DNA of 30,820 nt from a virus (taxonomy: Duplodnaviria; Caudoviricetes). Position numbers and translations under genes: made by a program. The stretch spans positions 1-30,820 of the IMG/VR virus record IMGVR_UViG_3300022837_000052; one strand, 5' to 3'. Below the pieces are notes generated by a model, which saw nothing but the letters and a program-made list of their open reading frames with translations, was not told the origin of the DNA and did not search any database. Position 1 is the first letter of the stretch. Each line of letters opens with the position of its first letter. Below, piece after piece: positions 25,663 to 30,820 of this stretch.

Positions 25663-26628
25663 ATGGCTAGCTACAATACAATTAAAGGACTAACAGTTAA
25701 ATATTTATCAGCAGATCCTGCAAATCCAGAAGATGGACAGGTATGGTATAATTCTGGTACAGGTAATTTGCGTGTTGATGGTATGGTTTTAGCTGGATCA
25801 TGGGCATCTAGTACAGCAATACCAACAGGTAATCAAAGAATGGGTGCAGCAGGTACATCAAATTCAGCATCTTTATTATTAGGTGGAGATAATGTTAGTG
25901 ATACTGCACAAACTTCTACGTTTGAGGGTAATAGTTCATCTTGGACTAGTGGTGGAGCTTTAGGAACTGCAGTTGCAAACATGGCTAGTTATGGAACTCA
26001 AACTGCAGCAATGGCTGCTGGAGGAGGACCTCGTACAGCTAACTCTCAAACATACGATGGAAGTAGTTGGAGTGAAGGAAATAATTTACCTGCAGCAAAA
26101 CTAGAATTATCTGGGTGTGGAACAACTGCTTCAGCTTTGGCTGTTGGAGGAAGTTTACCTCCTTTTACAGGAACATCAGAAGAATATGACGGAACAAACT
26201 GGACAGCAGGTGGAACAATTCCAACAGTTGTTTCAAATAATGGAACAGTAGGAACTCAAACAGCTGCTTTAACAAATACTGGTTATCCTGGTTATACAAC
26301 AGGTACTTGGAATTACGATGGTAGTTCTTGGACAGCAGGTGCAGCTTTAGTAACAGGTATGGCATTTAATCGAACTTCAGGAACACAAACTTTAGCAGTT
26401 TTAATGAATGGTTCATCTCCCCCAACTGGAGATTCTCCAGGAACACAGTTATATAATGGAACAGCATGGGCTACAGGTCCATCAAGAGCAGTTACTGCTT
26501 CTAATAGAGCTAGTTCAGGAAGTGCAACACAAGCTGAAACAATGTCAGCAGGAGGTTATCCAAATAAAACTGAAGTAGAAGAATTTACAGGTCCTTCTGT
26601 TATAACTAAAAACATTACTACAAGTTAA
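25663..26628 (+). CDS. Kelch-like beta-propeller virion protein 3 (more diverged)
   Basis: Same N-terminal LSxDP..GQVWYNS and C-terminal EEFT..TTS as proteins 1 and 2. Confidence 0.8.
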   Translation: MASYNTIKGLTVKYLSADPANPEDGQVWYNSGTGNLRVDGMVLAGSWASSTAIPTGNQRMGAAGTSNSASLLLGGDNVSDTAQTSTFEGNSSSWTSGGALGTAVANMASYGTQTAAMAAGGGPRTANSQTYDGSSWSEGNNLPAAKLELSGCGTTASALAVGGSLPPFTGTSEEYDGTNWTAGGTIPTVVSNNGTVGTQTAALTNTGYPGYTTGTWNYDGSSWTAGAALVTGMAFNRTSGTQTLAVLMNGSSPPTGDSPGTQLYNGTAWATGPSRAVTASNRASSGSATQAETMSAGGYPNKTEVEEFTGPSVITKNITTS

Positions 26629-26629
26629 C

Positions 26630-26657
26630 TTGACTTATAACCCTTAATAGTTATATT
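26630..26657 (+). promoter_or_regulatory. Possible promoter TTGACT-N16-TATATT for the modification cluster
   Basis: Near-consensus hexamers in the intergenic gap; 16-bp spacer. Confidence 0.45.
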
Positions 26658-26679
26658 TTAATTAACCAAAGGATTATAA

Positions 26680-27363
26680 ATGTCAGAAGAAAAACGAAAT
26701 ATTCATGCACTAATAGAAAAAGAAGCTCCTAGCTTAAATAATTTGCTTGACCCAAATGATGTCAAAGAATTTAAAGAATTAACAGGTGAGCTTAGAGATA
26801 CTTGGACAAAGAAACAAGTGTTTAGAACTGAAACAGAAATGAGAATGTCTGTTCTTCAAGATGCTAAGTACCCTACAAAAGCTTCTAAGTATTGGCAATG
26901 TGTTAGAGAACAAAATGTATTCCTAGAAAATTTAATGAGTCTATCATTTGATGCAAGACGTAATGAAGTTAAATTAAAAAGATTACAAGAAAAATTACTT
27001 AAAGAAGAAGATCCTTTAAAAAAAGAATTACTTCAAATTGATATAGATGAAAAAACATATTCTGTTGCTAACATGCAGTTAGTAGCAAGAGACAGAATGA
27101 GAGAAATTAAACTATGGTCAGTTCTTAAAAAAGAATTTAATGATGGTTCGTTTGATGACAAAGATGTTAACAGTCATCAACTAGATTCATATCATTTGAT
27201 CATGAAAAATAAAGCAGAGACATTGACATCAGGATCAAGTCAGCCGGAAGTATTTAATGTATTAGGACAATTACAAACAATCGAGAGAGTTAAAAAATCA
27301 GGAGAGATGATTTATAACAAAAAAGAAAAATTGACTAATGACCTCGGAGCCAAATCAGAATAA
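26680..27363 (+). CDS. Coiled-coil hypothetical protein (YWQCVREQ motif)
   Basis: AAGGA RBS; first gene of a tightly overlapping operon. Confidence 0.75.
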   Translation: MSEEKRNIHALIEKEAPSLNNLLDPNDVKEFKELTGELRDTWTKKQVFRTETEMRMSVLQDAKYPTKASKYWQCVREQNVFLENLMSLSFDARRNEVKLKRLQEKLLKEEDPLKKELLQIDIDEKTYSVANMQLVARDRMREIKLWSVLKKEFNDGSFDDKDVNSHQLDSYHLIMKNKAETLTSGSSQPEVFNVLGQLQTIERVKKSGEMIYNKKEKLTNDLGAKSE

Positions 27364-28132
27364 GAAACTATTTTTTTTAGTAGCACAACCTAGATCCGGT
27401 AATACTTTATTTGCAAGTATTATGAATCAAAACCCTGAGATAGCTGCGACTGCTAATTCTGTTACCTTAGAGATAATGAAAGATTTGTTTCTACTTAAAC
27501 AAACAGATGTCTTTCAAAATTTTCCTGATCATAGATCCTTGGACAACGTATTAGATATAGTTTATGATGTTTACTACAAAGATTGGCCTCAACGTATAAT
27601 CATTGACCGTGGTCCAGTAATGACAACTGGTAATTTTAAATTAATTAAAAAACATTTTAAAAGACCTTTTAAATGTATTGTATTACTTAGAGATTTAATG
27701 GATGTATTAGCAAGTTATATGCAATGGTACACAGAAAACCCTGATGCCTTCCCTAATCGATTTGGAGTACAAACTGACGAAGAAAAATTAGCAATGATTA
27801 TGAATAAAAATGGTGCTGTTGCAAAAGATTTAGAAGCTATAAAAAATTCATATAACTATAAAGATATGTGTCATTATGTAAAGTACGATGATATGGTTAC
27901 TAATCCTGAACAAGAGTTTAGAAAAATATATAAATTTATAGGTGAGCCTTACTTTAACCATAACTTTGAAAATCCTGGTGATGTAAAAGTAAATGGTTTA
28001 ACTTACGATGATAAAATTGTAGGTAGTAATATGCATAAACTATTTGCAGGGAAAGTTAGAAAAGTATACAACCCTTACATTGAAAAAATTCCAGAAAGAA
28101 TAAGAGAAAAATATGGACACATTAAATTTTAG
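27338..28132 (+). CDS. PAPS-dependent sulfotransferase (Sulfotransfer_3/TPST-like)
   Basis: 5'-PSB loop QPRSGNTL, LLRDLMDVLAS 3'-PB motif, VKYDDMVTNPE..IYKFIG. Confidence 0.85.
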   Translation: MTSEPNQNKKLFFLVAQPRSGNTLFASIMNQNPEIAATANSVTLEIMKDLFLLKQTDVFQNFPDHRSLDNVLDIVYDVYYKDWPQRIIIDRGPVMTTGNFKLIKKHFKRPFKCIVLLRDLMDVLASYMQWYTENPDAFPNRFGVQTDEEKLAMIMNKNGAVAKDLEAIKNSYNYKDMCHYVKYDDMVTNPEQEFRKIYKFIGEPYFNHNFENPGDVKVNGLTYDDKIVGSNMHKLFAGKVRKVYNPYIEKIPERIREKYGHIKF

Positions 28133-28769
28133 TATCTGTCCCTTAGGACAAACCGTTTTAAAATATCAAGTACCTCTTGATGTATTTAATATTATTAATC
28201 ATGTGTATGAAACAAAATATCCAACACTACCTCCAGCTAACAAACAATTAGTAGGTAAGATTGAGAAAGAACATAGTTTATTCTATCAAGGTACAGACAC
28301 TTCAAAGATGCATCATCACAATATGTTACCAAATAATGTCTTGCAATGGGTTGATAAAACTATGGGTCACTATCTAGATTTTAATAAAATTAAAGACTAT
28401 AAAAAATCTTTAAATTCTATTTGGATTAATCAAATGTTTCAACATGAATATAATCCAGTGCACGTTCACCAAGGTTCTTTGTACACAGGTTTATCAAGTG
28501 TGATGATTTTAAAATTACCAGAATCTTTTGGAGTAGAATATTCTTCAGAACATAATCCAATGAATGGTAAGTTACAGATTATGGGATCAGTATCTGGTCA
28601 ATTTGCAACGTGTGATTATTCTCCTAATACTAAAGAGAGAGATTTTTATATATTTCCATATGATGTTAGACATTGTGTCTATCCTTTTAATGGGCCAGGA
28701 TATAGAAGAACGTTGTCTGCAAATATGGATGTAGAATACAACCCAATAATGAATAGAGGAAGGGACTAA
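28113..28769 (+). CDS. Putative 2OG-Fe(II) oxygenase (HxH type)
   Basis: WIN..EYNPVHVH, LSSV, IFP..VRHCVYPF, RRTLSAN. Confidence 0.8.
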   Translation: MDTLNFSICPLGQTVLKYQVPLDVFNIINHVYETKYPTLPPANKQLVGKIEKEHSLFYQGTDTSKMHHHNMLPNNVLQWVDKTMGHYLDFNKIKDYKKSLNSIWINQMFQHEYNPVHVHQGSLYTGLSSVMILKLPESFGVEYSSEHNPMNGKLQIMGSVSGQFATCDYSPNTKERDFYIFPYDVRHCVYPFNGPGYRRTLSANMDVEYNPIMNRGRD

Positions 28770-29119
28770 TGTTAGAGCCTCATTACCAAATATTTAAAAA
28801 CCGATTAAAAGAAGTAAAGTTTAAAGATATGAAAACATTATTTCCTACAATGGATAAATTTAAAAGTGAAGTAAATCCTGATATGGAAAAAAATGGATTA
28901 CTATGTCCAATTGTATTAGATAAAGATGGTGTTACTATTAGAAGCGGCACTCATCGCTATGAGTATTTTAAAGATAAACATGAAGCCACTTTATGTTATG
29001 TAGGAGTAAATGGAGATGAAACAAAATTTTTTCAATACTTAAATGTATTTTGTTGGAGAAATCATCCTGTACAAAAATCAGATTTTTTAAAATCAATGTA
29101 TGAGAAAGGACAGATATAA
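28769..29119 (+). CDS. ParB/sulfiredoxin-like domain protein
   Basis: MEKNGLLCPIVL...RSGTHRY. Confidence 0.6.
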   Translation: MLEPHYQIFKNRLKEVKFKDMKTLFPTMDKFKSEVNPDMEKNGLLCPIVLDKDGVTIRSGTHRYEYFKDKHEATLCYVGVNGDETKFFQYLNVFCWRNHPVQKSDFLKSMYEKGQI

Positions 29120-29712
29120 TGTACGAAAATAAAATTATTACAGAACCTAAATGGAAGAGTTGGATTATTCAAACGACTACACCTTTATTTACACCGGATC
29201 AATGTAATCAAATTATTGCATCAGGTAGAGCACAAAAACCACAAGAAGCACAAGTGGGTATGAATAAACCAGGAGGTGGGACAGATACAAAGAAAAGAGT
29301 AACAACTATTAGTTGGATTCCGTTTAAAGAAATGGGACACATGTATCAGGATTTAAATTCATTCATTCAAAAAGCAAACGAAAATCATTTTGGTTTTGGA
29401 GATATAAGAGTAACGGAACCCGCTCAGTTTACAGAGTACCCTGAAGGAGGATTTTATGATTGGCATATGGATTGTGATGTGAGCATGCAACATGAACCTC
29501 CAGTTAGAAAAATATCAATGACTGTTTTATTAAACGACCCTTCTGAATTTGAAGGTGGAGACCTAGAATTAATGGCTCCCGGTAAATTTGCAAATCTTAA
29601 ACAAGGTCATGCAATTTGTTTTGCGTCGTTTTTAAATCACAGAGTTAATCCAGTAACTAGAGGTATGAGACAATCTCTTGTTGTATGGTTTGGAGGCAAA
29701 GCTTTTAGATGA
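29119..29712 (+). CDS. 2OG-Fe(II) oxygenase (prolyl-4-hydroxylase/PKHD type)
   Basis: QFTEY, YDWHMD, RKISMTV, FEGGDL, HRVNPVTRG.R.SLV.W. Confidence 0.9.
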   Translation: MYENKIITEPKWKSWIIQTTTPLFTPDQCNQIIASGRAQKPQEAQVGMNKPGGGTDTKKRVTTISWIPFKEMGHMYQDLNSFIQKANENHFGFGDIRVTEPAQFTEYPEGGFYDWHMDCDVSMQHEPPVRKISMTVLLNDPSEFEGGDLELMAPGKFANLKQGHAICFASFLNHRVNPVTRGMRQSLVVWFGGKAFR

Positions 29713-30287
29713 TTAGAGAAGAATTTTTTCCAACAAGTGTTTTTGGTAAAGACATAAAATTAGATAATGATAAGTTAGCACAAGACATTGTTAACTGGTC
29801 TAATCAGGATAAAGGAGTACAGAAAACAAATTATAAAGGATGGCATTCTACAACTGATATGGCATCAAAACCAGAGTATCAAAATTTAGTTAATGAGTTA
29901 ATGACTATGTGTAAAGATATGTTTAAAGAAGAATGGTTAGATAGAGAACCCGTCCTTGGTAATATGTGGGCAAACATCAATCCTAAAGATGGAATGAATC
30001 AACCCCATATACATCCAAACTCATTATTTTCAGGTGTGTACTATGTTAAATCAAACCCACAAGCAGGAAGATTAAAGATATATGACCCTAGACCAGGAGC
30101 ACAAATAGTAATGCCTGCAAGATTAGAAGGACAACCTCCTAAACATTTATGGAGAGATGCAAACCTTGATCCATTTCCAGGAAGAATTATAATGTTTCCT
30201 GCTTGGTTATGGCATTCAGTAGAACCTAATCAATCAAATGATTTAAGAATATCAGTAAGTTTTAATTTTATACAACAAGGATTTTGA
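29709..30287 (+). CDS. Putative 2OG-Fe(II) oxygenase (TIGR02466-like)
   Basis: MWANIN, HIHPNS..SGVYY, DPR, FPAWLWHSV, RISVSFN. Confidence 0.88.
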   Translation: MIREEFFPTSVFGKDIKLDNDKLAQDIVNWSNQDKGVQKTNYKGWHSTTDMASKPEYQNLVNELMTMCKDMFKEEWLDREPVLGNMWANINPKDGMNQPHIHPNSLFSGVYYVKSNPQAGRLKIYDPRPGAQIVMPARLEGQPPKHLWRDANLDPFPGRIIMFPAWLWHSVEPNQSNDLRISVSFNFIQQGF

Positions 30288-30598
30288 TGTTAATTCATAA
30301 AGATAAAATGATGTTTAGAAATTGCAATAAGTTTTTAAATACTGAAAAAGGTAAAAACGCTCAAAAAGATAATGATGGATATAAAAAATTAAGAGATAAC
30401 ATAGGTGAAAAAGGAATGATTAATCCCATCTTGTGTATAGAAGAAGATAATATGTATAAAATATGTATTGGTATGAGAAGATTTATAGCTGGATTAGAAT
30501 TAGGTATGACAGAATTTGAAGTTAAAGTATTACCTAATGATACTCGAGATTTATTAGTAAAAGAAAAACAACAATATAGGCATACAGATGTTCAATAA
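30284..30598 (+). CDS. ParB/sulfiredoxin-like domain protein
   Basis: LRDNIGEKGMINPIL...YKICIGMRRF.A; start may be 30287. Confidence 0.65.
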   Translation: MMLIHKDKMMFRNCNKFLNTEKGKNAQKDNDGYKKLRDNIGEKGMINPILCIEEDNMYKICIGMRRFIAGLELGMTEFEVKVLPNDTRDLLVKEKQQYRHTDVQ

Positions 30599-30820
30599 AT
30601 ATCAAGTAATCAAAGGAGCACTTAGCTATGAGCTAGCTAATTTTATATTTAATTATTTTCTTCTTAAAAGAGATGCTGTTGAATTTATGTATAAAAATAA
30701 CATAACCTATGACAATGGTATGTTTGGTACATGGACAGATGCACAGATCCCCAATACTTACTCTCATTATGCAGATCCTGTAATGGAGACTTTATTAATG
30801 AAAGTATTACCAGTCATGGC
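30588..30820 (+). CDS. Partial ORF, probably another 2OG-Fe(II) oxygenase (truncated by the window end)
   Basis: MFNKYQVIKGALS...DAQIPNTYSHYADPVMETLL, open to the end; N-terminus resembles marine-phage 2OG oxygenases; catalytic motifs lie outside the window. Confidence 0.55.
   Translation, partial: MFNKYQVIKGALSYELANFIFNYFLLKRDAVEFMYKNNITYDNGMFGTWTDAQIPNTYSHYADPVMETLLMKVLPVM

Noticed and set aside
21914-26365. Antisense and alternate-frame ORFs in the fibre and propeller genes
   Set aside because: Expected from biased codon use in Gly/Thr/Ala/Ser-rich repeats
22535-26628. Diversity-generating retroelement or invertase shufflon acting on the propeller genes
   Set aside because: No reverse transcriptase or recombinase in the window, no non-coding template repeat with adenine-specific differences, and all copies are in one orientation
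28769-30598. Plasmid-prophage partition system
   Set aside because: The ParB-like ORFs lack HTH/dimerisation regions and no parA is visible
1-30820. tRNA/rRNA genes, introns/inteins, stop-codon recoding, integrase
   Set aside because: None seen; core genes are uninterrupted and TAA, TAG and TGA all terminate genes normally

Overview
AT-rich segment of a tailed dsDNA phage genome; essentially all real genes are on the + strand. Gene content and composition suggest a marine podovirus-like phage, plausibly infecting SAR11/Pelagibacterales or a similar alphaproteobacterium (host is inference). Order: a repeat-rich segment with small hypothetical genes (1-1700); terminase large subunit; small basic proteins and one 752-aa probable ejection protein around a P22-like portal; holin-like protein, SAM methyltransferase, GroES, scaffold, minor capsid protein and Mu-gpT-like major capsid protein; a structured RNA leader; head accessory genes; a lysis region with many micro-ORFs and an M15 peptidase; adaptor and tail genes; three kelch-like beta-propeller proteins; and a modification cluster (sulfotransferase, four 2OG-Fe(II) oxygenases, two ParB/Srx-like proteins) running off the right end. 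Main observations: (1) short shared tags (hydrophobic-x-x-GG, AI[KR]GTGFKGVF, YYxxhh) on otherwise unrelated proteins, suggesting a virion-loading or processing code; (2) micro-ORFs missed by the ORF track that resemble ArfA, a ribonucleotide-reductase C-terminal CxxC tail, and the phage's own capsid N-terminus; (3) a pseudoknotted RNA next to an RBS, with a candidate promoter inside the capsid terminator; (4) a possible hydroxylation/sulfation system acting on the EEY[ND]G propeller repeats. All family assignments are from motifs read by eye; no searches were run.
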